Below are positions 30,141 to 37,865 of a DNA stretch of 64,000 nt, piece by piece. The stretch spans positions 1 through 64,000 of the IMG/VR virus record IMGVR_UViG_3300019142_000010. The stretch is one strand, 5' to 3'. The notes below the pieces were generated by a model. That model had not been told where the DNA came from. It saw only the letters and a program-made list of their open reading frames with translations, and searched no databases. Origin of the DNA: a virus. Position numbers and translations under genes: made by a program. The stretch's first letter is position 1. Each line of letters begins with the position of its first letter.

Positions 30141-30401
30141 TCAATTCATCGGCGCGTTTTGTTGGAGACTGGGGAGACTTGCCGGGGGTACTCGGGCGAC
30201 CGCATCGCGCACCGTGCAGAGGTTGGCGCAGAGCGTGGCCAGTTGCTCGACCGAGTGTTGACCTTCGAGGACGGAGCCGCCGAGCGCGTAGAGCACTGCG
30301 GCCACATCTGTCTCGCCCGCCTCGCGCAATTCGGTGGCCTGGCGAATGAGTTCTTTGCCAAGTTCGACGTTAGCCATGTACTCGCTCCAAGTCCGCGACA
30401 T
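30141..30401 (-). CDS. Hypothetical protein (alternative start 30377)
   Basis: 86 aa, helical. Confidence 0.4.
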   Translation of the reverse strand: MSRTWSEYMANVELGKELIRQATELREAGETDVAAVLYALGGSVLEGQHSVEQLATLCANLCTVRDAVARVPPASLPSLQQNAPMN

Positions 30402-30496
30402 TGTTGGTTACTGCTGAGGCTGTCGCCTGCCCGGCGCAAATTAGTGCACGTTACGTTATTTCTTCCCACTGTTGGCCGGGATTGTCAACTTAAAAA

Positions 30497-30895
30497 TCAC
30501 TCGTCAGTCGCCGCGCACTCACACATCCACAGGCGATGCCCGACGGGGCAGAGCAGGGGATTCACGAGCGGTCGCTGACTGGCCGCCTGAGGCGCGTCCT
30601 GCGCCTTCCGGCGGCCGTTTTCGTCCGGGACGGGCTGAGAAGCGCAGAGAAGCAATTGCGCGCCATGCAACGGGTCAGTCGTCATCGACAGGGGACGCAG
30701 CTCCCGTCCCGACGCACCGAGCCTGCGGACGAGCGGGGAAGATAAGACCATCAGCATGACGCCGGTGAAGTAGGCCGCCGTCTCATAGCGGATGAGGTCA
30801 TAGTTTGCGGTCGAGCACATGACGATGATGCCGACGTGCGCGGCCGCCCGCCACACGTCATAGGCGCTCCATCCTCGTTGCCGGCTGCCGCTCAT
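30497..30895 (-). CDS. Hypothetical membrane protein
   Basis: The start MSGSRQRGW at 30895 overlaps the stop of the HTH gene (ATGA). There are two hydrophobic segments (HVGIIVMCSTA.., YFTGVMLMVLSSPLV). Confidence 0.5.
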   Translation of the reverse strand: MSGSRQRGWSAYDVWRAAAHVGIIVMCSTANYDLIRYETAAYFTGVMLMVLSSPLVRRLGASGRELRPLSMTTDPLHGAQLLLCASQPVPDENGRRKAQDAPQAASQRPLVNPLLCPVGHRLWMCECAATDE

Positions 30896-31248
30896 TTTCG
30901 CCTGACCTTGCTCGCCGCTTTCTTCGTCGCTTTCTTCGTCGCCGGGCTGTGCGCGCGACGGCGGGTGTAGTTCTCGGCGTCCGCGTCGGCCTGCGCGAGC
31001 CAGCGCGTGCGCTCTTGTTGATGAAGGTTCTGCCATTCGACCAGCCCGGCCGCCCGCTCGATGGTGCAGAGCGCAAGGTGCAGGGTCTTACCGCGCTTGC
31101 CGAGCGGGTGTTTGCCGCGCTCGAAGAGGGCGATGGCGTTCGTATTGTAACCGAGGTCCTCAGCCAGTTCCGACTGGCTGCGGGAAGCTTCCGCGAGACG
31201 ACGCGACGGCAGCCGGAGCCGCCGAGCGCGCAGGATTTGGCCGGTCAT
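30892..31248 (-). CDS. XRE/Cro-CI-type helix-turn-helix transcriptional regulator
   Basis: It starts MTGQILRARRL... The HTH is SQSELAEDLGYNTNAIALFERGK and the C-terminal tail is basic. It is the first gene downstream of promoter P1. Confidence 0.7.
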   Translation of the reverse strand: MTGQILRARRLRLPSRRLAEASRSQSELAEDLGYNTNAIALFERGKHPLGKRGKTLHLALCTIERAAGLVEWQNLHQQERTRWLAQADADAENYTRRRAHSPATKKATKKAASKVRRK

Positions 31249-31346
31249 GTCTTCGCCGTTCAAGGTCGGTGACAAAGATCGACTCCTTTCAAGTTGGTCG
31301 GGAGATGAAACAGCGCGCGCGGGTGTTCTCGCGGACACGCCCGCAG

Positions 31347-31374
31347 GATATATCAAATTTTGATATGTGGTCAA
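31347..31374 (-). promoter_or_regulatory. Early promoter P1 with perfect palindromic operator
   Basis: The minus strand reads TTGACC-acatatcaaaatttga-TATATC (16-nt spacer, extended -10 TG). Positions 31350-31366 are a perfect palindrome, ATATCAAA-t-TTTGATAT. Confidence 0.7.
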
Positions 31375-31400
31375 TCAGCTTCCTTTCTCCCGGAGAGGCC

Positions 31401-31724
31401 TCAGACGCGGCGGCCGAGGCTGCTTTGCGCGGCCGTCTGCCGCATCACCATCGCGTAACAGACCGAGCAAACATTCTGCCCGCCGGTCAGCGCCGGATCG
31501 ATCCAGGTGCAGCCGCCCTCGCACGCCGCCGCGTCGGTACAGCCGCATCCCTCGCACTGGCGGGCGGCTTGGCCGCAGAACCCGCACTTGACACCGACGG
31601 GCAGCGACGGCTCCGGCTGGCGGTCGAGGTGCGCCATGCGCCCGGCCTCGTCGCACGCCCGGCAGAGCGTGATCCACAAATCGCGCTCGCCCGTGCGCGG
31701 GTTGTTGACGGTAAAAACTCTCAT
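31401..31724 (-). CDS. Hypothetical Cys-rich protein
   Basis: 107 aa with 14 Cys (CRAC, CGFCG, CEGCGC, CEGGC, CSVC). Confidence 0.5.
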   Translation of the reverse strand: MRVFTVNNPRTGERDLWITLCRACDEAGRMAHLDRQPEPSLPVGVKCGFCGQAARQCEGCGCTDAAACEGGCTWIDPALTGGQNVCSVCYAMVMRQTAAQSSLGRRV

Positions 31725-32074
31725 GCTGCGTTCGCTCCTTCCTGTTCGCTCAAAGGATCGCGTCTGAGGCCGCAGACTATTTCCAAGAGACGTTGAATGT
31801 AACTATCCCAACTACCCTCGGGAAGCTCGGAATCCGGGTAGCCTGCGGCGCGCAGCACCTCGATGACTAGCTGACCCTCTTCCTGTTCAAATCGTTCTTT
31901 GAACGGCCACTCCGCGCCGTACAGGGCATAGAGGGAGATGATCCGGGCGCGTAGTTCAGCCGTCAGTGAGCGGCGCAGGAAATTGAGATAGGCGCGCTTC
32001 TGCTCCGGAGCGAGCCTCTCCATTTGGCGATCCAGATAGGCTTGATAATCCCGCGAAAAGTCAGTGGTCATCAT
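31721..32074 (-). CDS. Hypothetical protein
   Basis: The start MMTTDFSRDY at 32074 overlaps the upstream stop (ATGA). Confidence 0.45.
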   Translation of the reverse strand: MMTTDFSRDYQAYLDRQMERLAPEQKRAYLNFLRRSLTAELRARIISLYALYGAEWPFKERFEQEEGQLVIEVLRAAGYPDSELPEGSWDSYIQRLLEIVCGLRRDPLSEQEGANAA

Positions 32075-32229
32075 TCCTCTTCCTCTCTCAGCAGACAAAG
32101 CATGCAGGTCTGTTTCTGCTTTTCCTCTGTGTACGCGCAGCCGTCGCAAATCAGATCGTCACACTTTTTGCAGACGACCGCGATGCGGTGCCGCTCGCGG
32201 CATTTGTCACAACGATCCTTGAAAGCCAT
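32071..32229 (-). CDS. Small zinc-ribbon protein
   Basis: 52 aa, MAFKDRCDKCRERH..CKKCDDLICDGC..CMLC. GGAGGG lies 4 nt upstream of the ATG. Confidence 0.45.
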   Translation of the reverse strand: MAFKDRCDKCRERHRIAVVCKKCDDLICDGCAYTEEKQKQTCMLCLLREEEE

Positions 32230-32477
32230 CACGCCCTCCGTTGGCTGCGCCGCGGCGGTGGTTCGGGAGCCGGGCGCGGCGTCGGCTCGACCTTGAGAAA
32301 CACGCCGTTGCATTGAACGAACGTGCGCGGCGTGGGGCACTCGACGACGGGCATGGTCTTGACTTCGAGATCGACGCGCAGGTTTTTTCCCGCCGCCGAG
32401 TAGAGCAGTTGATTAAGCGCGGCCAGGCTATCCCGGATCGCGGTCGCAAATTCCTCCGGCGACATTTCAGCACTCAT
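32229..32477 (-). CDS. Hypothetical protein
   Basis: 82 aa, tightly coupled to its neighbours. Confidence 0.45.
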   Translation of the reverse strand: MSAEMSPEEFATAIRDSLAALNQLLYSAAGKNLRVDLEVKTMPVVECPTPRTFVQCNGVFLKVEPTPRPAPEPPPRRSQRRA

Positions 32478-32770
32478 GCGCGGCGCTCCGACTTTCGCTG
32501 GTGGTAAACGCGCAGCGCGTTCATGCCGCGCACGTCCATTTCAATCACCCTCACGAGCGGCACCCGCAGCACGCCCCTCTGCATCACTTGTCGCATCGTC
32601 TCAGAGATGCTCGTCTGCTCGACGAGGAAGCCGCGCCGCTCAAGCTCGGCCAGCAGCGGCGTACACAGACGGCGCGGAAGTTCCTCGCGCTGACAAGGCA
32701 GATACGCGCGCAGCGCATCGAGCGCGGCGGCTTCCTCATCGGTGATGGTGAGGCGGTCAGGGCTTCGCAC
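32474..32770 (-). CDS. Hypothetical protein (possible winged helix)
   Basis: 98 aa with ATGA-type coupling. LLAELERRGFLVEQ is wHTH-like. Confidence 0.4.
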   Translation of the reverse strand: MRSPDRLTITDEEAAALDALRAYLPCQREELPRRLCTPLLAELERRGFLVEQTSISETMRQVMQRGVLRVPLVRVIEMDVRGMNALRVYHQRKSERRA

Positions 32771-33122
32771 AGGTGCCTTTCTTTCGCATCGAGCGCACAG
32801 ATTTAATGTTGCCTAATAGTCTGCGATTGGGGCGTGGCGGTCGCAAAGGGAACTTCATCACGTCGATCAAGGGGCGGCCAGCTTCAAGCTGTTTTCTGAC
32901 GTGCTCGCCTTCCGGCATCATCGTGACGTAAGTGATGCTCGCCGCTTCATCAGAGCGCAGGCCGGTAAGACCGAACGCAAAGCACAGCCCGGCAGCGTAA
33001 GCCTCGACGGCGGAAAATTCGCCCGTCGGCACGCCCCGCCCGCGCGACTCTTTGGCGCGCTGTAACACGGTCTGAATTAGATGGGGAATTGTCTCAGCGT
33101 TAATTTTATCTAATGAGTTCAT
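32757..33122 (-). CDS. Hypothetical protein
   Basis: The start MNSLDKINAE at 33122 overlaps the upstream stop (ATGA). Confidence 0.45.
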   Translation of the reverse strand: MNSLDKINAETIPHLIQTVLQRAKESRGRGVPTGEFSAVEAYAAGLCFAFGLTGLRSDEAASITYVTMMPEGEHVRKQLEAGRPLIDVMKFPLRPPRPNRRLLGNIKSVRSMRKKGTCAKP

Positions 33123-33529
33123 AGTGAAATGTTCTCCCCCGGCGTGCGCCATATCCTGCCCTCGCGCGAGACTTCATAAAACAAGTAATGCTTATCGCCA
33201 CGTGGACGCTGCGCGATGACGTTTGTGACGACACTGTTTGAACGCATGAAGGCGGCCATGCGCAGATTGCCGTCGCGCTCATAATCTTCCGGCAGCTTCC
33301 GGGCTATGACGATGAAGGTCGCGGAACGCGCGCCCTTCCGGTAAACGAAAGTTTCTGGCTCGCTCATTGCGTCGTCTTCGTCCTCCAAGCTACGCAGTCG
33401 CTTGTAAGCCTCGTCGTGATCCCGCTGCAAATCAGAGAGCAACTGATAATCAGTCTCACGCGCTATCTCGTCATCCAGCGAACGCAGGTACTCGACTAAT
33501 TCAGCACGCTCGTCAGTTGTTTGCATCAT
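33119..33529 (-). CDS. Hypothetical protein
   Basis: 136 aa with an acidic N-terminal half. Confidence 0.5.
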   Translation of the reverse strand: MMQTTDERAELVEYLRSLDDEIARETDYQLLSDLQRDHDEAYKRLRSLEDEDDAMSEPETFVYRKGARSATFIVIARKLPEDYERDGNLRMAAFMRSNSVVTNVIAQRPRGDKHYLFYEVSREGRIWRTPGENISL

Positions 33530-33780
33530 CAGTTATTCACCGCCTGTTGCTGGACATATTCACGATAAGCCGCGCGCGCGGCTTCCCGCTTGGTCAATCC
33601 CTGCTCGCCGGCGTGACAGTCTTTCGTCCCGCCGAACGCGGCGCATTCGCGCCGAATATGTGTCGCAGAGCCGGAGACAGCGCGGAAGATGCATTCGGGA
33701 TGCATGGCTTCTTTGCCGTTGTTGACCGGGACTCGCTTCTCGCCCGGCTCAAAAGTTTCTTTGCAATGCAGACATTTCAT
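33529..33780 (-). CDS. Hypothetical Cys/His-rich protein
   Basis: I prefer the start MKCLHCKETF at 33780, which does not overlap the upstream gene. Confidence 0.4.
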   Translation of the reverse strand: MKCLHCKETFEPGEKRVPVNNGKEAMHPECIFRAVSGSATHIRRECAAFGGTKDCHAGEQGLTKREAARAAYREYVQQQAVNN

Positions 33781-33784
33781 AAGA

Positions 33785-34063
33785 TCATGAGTTAATCGGG
33801 GGAAAGATTGAGTCAATCAGTCTGCCAGTCTCAAAATCCGGCGCGATAATGATTTCGCGCCCGTCTCCTAGGGCAATGTTCCCCGGTCGTTTGCCGTGGC
33901 CGCAGCATGAAGCGACTGTATGCACGCCCGCATCGTTTAATGCCCGGACGATTGGAGCGATGCAACTGTCAATATCTTTCGTGTCCCAACGAGCCTCGCC
34001 GGTGTGAGACAGATGCGCGGGAATTAACACCCTCAATAATGTCGTGTCGCCCCATTTACACAT
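33785..34063 (-). CDS. Hypothetical protein with ASCCGHG motif
   Basis: I prefer the start MCKWGDTT at 34063, which overlaps the upstream stop by 1 nt. Confidence 0.4.
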   Translation of the reverse strand: MCKWGDTTLLRVLIPAHLSHTGEARWDTKDIDSCIAPIVRALNDAGVHTVASCCGHGKRPGNIALGDGREIIIAPDFETGRLIDSIFPPINS

Positions 34064-34602
34064 TATTTTCTTTTCACCAAGCCCTGCCGCAAAACAAACT
34101 GATGTGAAAGGTAGCCGGGACATTCACCCTTCTTAAATCGAGGAATCTCCACTACCTGTAAGTCGCAAAGCTCACAGATGTACGCTTGTTCATCGAACAA
34201 CTCCAAAAAGGGCGGCAAGATGTCATCAGGGATTCTCGTCATGCTGCGCGGGTAGCGCACCCATCCCCAATCCTGGCTGTACAGCCGGCGCAGGCCGCGC
34301 ATGGTCAATTCCTCGCGCTCCGGGTAGTAGATGGCATTGCCAACCGGCGCCATAAATTTGTTATCGCACTTCGGGTTGTCGAACACTTTGCCGATGTTAT
34401 GGAACGGCTCGCCGGTGATCGTCACTCGGCCGACGATGCGCGCGACCGGCGCGGTCAGATAGACGAAAGCGATGTCACCGACTTTCGCGCCCTTCGGGAC
34501 TGACCACCACCACTGTTCGGTGTCCAGCCGGTGCTGCTCAAAGGCCGGCAAATGCTCCGGGCCGCTCATGACGATGTAGTACGCGAGAGTGTATTCAGTC
34601 AT
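34063..34602 (-). CDS. EVE/PUA-like (ASCH-type) domain protein (candidate)
   Basis: The start MTEYTLAYY at 34602 has an ATGA overlap. VPKGAKVGDIAFVYLTAPVARIVGRVTITGEP matches the strand pattern of EVE/ASCH PUA-fold domains (from memory). A C-terminal CxxC follows. Confidence 0.45.
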   Translation of the reverse strand: MTEYTLAYYIVMSGPEHLPAFEQHRLDTEQWWWSVPKGAKVGDIAFVYLTAPVARIVGRVTITGEPFHNIGKVFDNPKCDNKFMAPVGNAIYYPEREELTMRGLRRLYSQDWGWVRYPRSMTRIPDDILPPFLELFDEQAYICELCDLQVVEIPRFKKGECPGYLSHQFVLRQGLVKRK

Positions 34603-34829
34603 GAGTCCTTCGTTTCTATTTTGCTGAGAATCATTTGTCCCGCCGCGCTCGAAGCCCTCGCGGTAACGCCAATGCCCGCGACGTTGCGCTTGCGCATGTG
34701 GTCGGCAACGAGCTTCGTCAACGCGCGTTCGGCTTCGTCCATGGTGAGACCCTTCCAGCGCGCCGCATAGCTGGCGATCTCGCTGTTCTTGTAGGTGACT
34801 GTTCCCGTCACAAACCAATCAACCTTCAT
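34599..34829 (-). CDS. Hypothetical protein
   Basis: 76 aa with coupled junctions. Confidence 0.45.
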   Translation of the reverse strand: MKVDWFVTGTVTYKNSEIASYAARWKGLTMDEAERALTKLVADHMRKRNVAGIGVTARASSAAGQMILSKIETKDS

Positions 34830-34987
34830 CTGCCGCGCATCCTTCCGAGCATCCAGCCGACCCAGCCCGTCAGCAGGCAGGCGAGCAGAAAGGCGGCGGT
34901 GATGGCGATGCCGCCAGTTAGTAAAATCTGCGCCGCTCCCATCACGACGAACAGGAGGGCGAGCCTGTAGAAATTCATGTTCTCCAT
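34826..34987 (-). CDS. Small membrane protein
   Basis: MENMNFYRLALLFVVMGAAQILLTGGIAITAAFLLACLLTGWVGWML has two TM helices. The ORF-track start at 35146 would overlap the ATPase gene. Confidence 0.4.
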   Translation of the reverse strand: MENMNFYRLALLFVVMGAAQILLTGGIAITAAFLLACLLTGWVGWMLGRMRGR

Positions 34988-34995
34988 TGTCCGGC

Positions 34996-36588
34996 TTATT
35001 CCTCGATAATGTTGACTTTCATCCCCACGACCGCCTTGAATCCTTCGCCCGACTCTCTGGTAAGAAAACCTTTTTCCGCCAGCTTCACTAGCTCCCGCTG
35101 GACGTTGTTTGCGCCGGTGAAACCGCGACGTTGAACCTCTTTCCACACGACCGTAGCGCCTTTCGGCGCATCATCGAAAAAACCCTCATGGAGAAGTACC
35201 GCGATGCGACCCGGCAAGGTGTCAGCATCCATTTTGATCACCTCGCGGCGTTTCCTCACTTCAACTTCATAGACCGTCTCGGAGAGCGCGAGCGTTGACG
35301 TATCACCAGTGGCGGCCGGCATCTTCGGCAGACGCTTGATGACTTCCTTCACAATGGCCTCCACGTCCACGGGCGCGGCGGGAGCAGGCTTTGACTTGTC
35401 GGGCGCAGCCGAGGCCACGGGACGCGCCGCATTGCGCCCTTCCCGCGCGAGCTGTGCGCTCAACTCTTCGACCGCGCCGGTCAGTTCCGCCAGACGTTCA
35501 ACCAGAGCGGAAATGAGGCCGGGCGACAGAGAATCGTCGTGTGTGACCATGGCAGGCGTCTCTTCCTTTCGCTTGGGCTGCGGTTTCTGTTCGGCGGCGA
35601 CGTCGGCCGTGATTGAACCGAGGGCGACGGCGCGCGCCTGCGCTTCATTCAGCCAGGCGGGCTGAACGTACACGTGTTTGATCGTCTCACCGAAACAGGC
35701 GAAGAACTGGCCGCGCCCAAGTTTCATCACCTGCGCGGCCTTCGGCTTCTCGGTGTCTTCGGGGATGTTGGCCAGCGTGCGCTTGACCTCGTTCTGCTCG
35801 CGCTGCACGCCGACGATCCAGACGGTCGCCGCTCGCAGCATGGTTTTCCAGATGCCGGCAATGTCCTGGCTGTCCATCCAGATAAAGTTGCGCAAGCCCG
35901 CGCCCTCGCGAATGAGACGTTCGGCCGCGAGCTTCACGGGCGTCATGCGGGATTCGGGGATGAACTTCCACGCCTCGGGCATGACGGTGATCACGCCCTC
36001 TTCGTGTTCGTGAATCCACTCGACGACGGAGCGGATGACAAGCATCTGCATCTCTTCCGTGTAGGCCGTCAGGTCCATCACGTTCAGACCGTCACGCAGA
36101 GAAATCTTCGACGAGCGCGGCAGCCGCTCGATCTGCGGAATCACGATGTCGAGGTATTCACCGAGCAGCATGTAGAGGTCTTCGTCCATGCCGCGCTTGG
36201 CCGTGCCTTTGAGTCGCTCGATGTTGACGCGCACCTCTTTGAGCGTGTGCGCCCCTTCGGTCGCGCGGATCGTCCAGGCGCGCTCGAAGTTCATCTTCTT
36301 TTTCATGGCCGAGGCCATCAGCGATTCAACGAACTCCCAGAACGGCCGCCCCTCGGTCGCGCCTTCGCGGAAGTAGGGCTGGATGCGGTGCCCGTCGGCA
36401 AAGCTCGACTCGCCGCGCTTCGTCTTGAAGACAATCGCGCGCCGGCCGGAGCGGGTGATGAGGGCTTCGAGCGTCGTCGTCTTGCCGCTCATCTGCGTCT
36501 GCCCGGTGACGGCCAGATGATTGAGCGGGACGCTGACCGGCGCTCCGGTGTTCATTTCATAGCCGAGATGGATGGTCGTTTGCGTCAT
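34996..36588 (-). CDS. HerA/FtsK-like P-loop ATPase with C-terminal winged-helix
   Basis: It has a Walker A GQTQMSGKTTT and a Walker-B-like VITVMPEAWKF. The C-terminal ~70 aa is wHTH-like (ELVKLAEKGFLTRESGEGF). Confidence 0.65.
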   Translation of the reverse strand: MTQTTIHLGYEMNTGAPVSVPLNHLAVTGQTQMSGKTTTLEALITRSGRRAIVFKTKRGESSFADGHRIQPYFREGATEGRPFWEFVESLMASAMKKKMNFERAWTIRATEGAHTLKEVRVNIERLKGTAKRGMDEDLYMLLGEYLDIVIPQIERLPRSSKISLRDGLNVMDLTAYTEEMQMLVIRSVVEWIHEHEEGVITVMPEAWKFIPESRMTPVKLAAERLIREGAGLRNFIWMDSQDIAGIWKTMLRAATVWIVGVQREQNEVKRTLANIPEDTEKPKAAQVMKLGRGQFFACFGETIKHVYVQPAWLNEAQARAVALGSITADVAAEQKPQPKRKEETPAMVTHDDSLSPGLISALVERLAELTGAVEELSAQLAREGRNAARPVASAAPDKSKPAPAAPVDVEAIVKEVIKRLPKMPAATGDTSTLALSETVYEVEVRKRREVIKMDADTLPGRIAVLLHEGFFDDAPKGATVVWKEVQRRGFTGANNVQRELVKLAEKGFLTRESGEGFKAVVGMKVNIIEE

Positions 36589-36977
36589 CCGATGTCTCCG
36601 ATTTCAATCACGTCTACCGGTTGGATGAAGTTGACGGCGCGCGTCTCTTCCTCGTTGTAGATGGCGCAGAGCTCGGCCGACATGCCGAACTCCGCGATGA
36701 GCAGCGCGGCGGCTGCCGGGTGCGGCCAGCGCCCCTCACGCGCGACCGAGAGCGAGATGTGTTTGCACCATCCTTCAGGATGCTCTTCGATGGTGTAGCA
36801 GACGCGGAAGCCGCCGGGCAGTTGGGCGCATGATTCCGGGTACACTTCACCGACCGCCTTGCCCTCGTCAATCAGGCGGCGCAGTTCTTCAAGCTTGATC
36901 GGGTTGGCGTGCGCGTTGTCTTTCAGGCGTTTGATGATGGCCGTCACGCGCGGGTCGCCAAGAATTAAGACCGTCAT
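36585..36977 (-). CDS. Hypothetical protein
   Basis: The start MTVLILGDPRV at 36977 has GGAG 8 nt upstream. The stop overlaps the ATPase start. Confidence 0.45.
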   Translation of the reverse strand: MTVLILGDPRVTAIIKRLKDNAHANPIKLEELRRLIDEGKAVGEVYPESCAQLPGGFRVCYTIEEHPEGWCKHISLSVAREGRWPHPAAAALLIAEFGMSAELCAIYNEEETRAVNFIQPVDVIEIGDIG

Positions 36978-37057
36978 GGATAACTCTCCGGTAAGGGCGA
37001 GCGCCAGCGAAAGCAAATGGCGGCTCTCGCTGACGCTCGCGGTCAAGGGCGGTTGAC

Positions 37058-37393
37058 TCAGGCGGCCAGACGTTCCGGCGCGGAGTGTGCCTTTCGCACG
37101 AATTCCGCATAGGCCAGGCGCGCGCGCCGCTGCGCCCGCAGAGCCAACCGTCGCTCGACGTCCTTCAGGTACTCGCGGACGGGGACGAGCGCGCGCGCTT
37201 CCTCTAACTCCTGAGGGGTGCGCGGCTCGCCGCAGTATTCCACGTCCGGGTCTGGACGCCAGATGCGATCAAGCGTCATGGAAATCTCCGTGCAGCGATC
37301 CCAGGCCTCGCGCACGAGCGGGTGGTTGGCGATGTAGTCCCGCGCCTCTTCCGAGATGAGCGGGAACGATTGTGTAACGACGACACCGGGCAT
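37058..37393 (-). CDS. Hypothetical protein (first gene after P2)
   Basis: 111 aa, with AAAGGAG 9 nt upstream of the ATG. Confidence 0.5.
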   Translation of the reverse strand: MPGVVVTQSFPLISEEARDYIANHPLVREAWDRCTEISMTLDRIWRPDPDVEYCGEPRTPQELEEARALVPVREYLKDVERRLALRAQRRARLAYAEFVRKAHSAPERLAA

Positions 37394-37430
37394 TGTGGGG
37401 TTCTCCTTTCGTCTTCTGACTACATGCGGA

Positions 37431-37458
37431 AGTATATCAAAATTTTATAGACAGTCAA
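37431..37458 (-). promoter_or_regulatory. Early promoter P2
   Basis: The minus strand reads TTGACT-gtctataaaattttga-TATACT (16-nt spacer, extended -10 TG). Confidence 0.7.
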
Positions 37459-37466
37459 CGCACTTC

Positions 37467-37763
37467 CTAGCGCCGGCTGTCCGCCTCGTCGTCGTCCGCG
37501 GTCTGGCAGTAAAGTCGCGCGATGTGAATTTCCACGCACATCACGCAACCCTTGACGACCGCAGGTTCATCTACGACCGTGAGGAGGTGCAGCAGCAGGT
37601 TCACGCCTGATGCCATGCCGCGGTAGAACTCTTCCTGCTGCGCTTCGGGGATGAAGCCGACGAGTTGCCGGCGCAGCTCCTCGGGCACGGGTTCACCGAT
37701 TGTCTCATCGGCTAGTTTTCGTAGATTTTCCGGGGTGATGTTGAATACAATGGGCTCGTTCAT
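37467..37763 (-). CDS. Hypothetical protein
   Basis: 98 aa. Confidence 0.45.
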   Translation of the reverse strand: MNEPIVFNITPENLRKLADETIGEPVPEELRRQLVGFIPEAQQEEFYRGMASGVNLLLHLLTVVDEPAVVKGCVMCVEIHIARLYCQTADDDEADSRR

Positions 37764-37865
37764 GACTTAGCTCCCTTCAAAGCTGTTAAGTTATGGGCGT
37801 GGCGGGCGGGCGCAAGAGTCAGTTGCGACCGCCCTCCCTTCTGTTGGCGTCCCTCCTTGTCCCTT

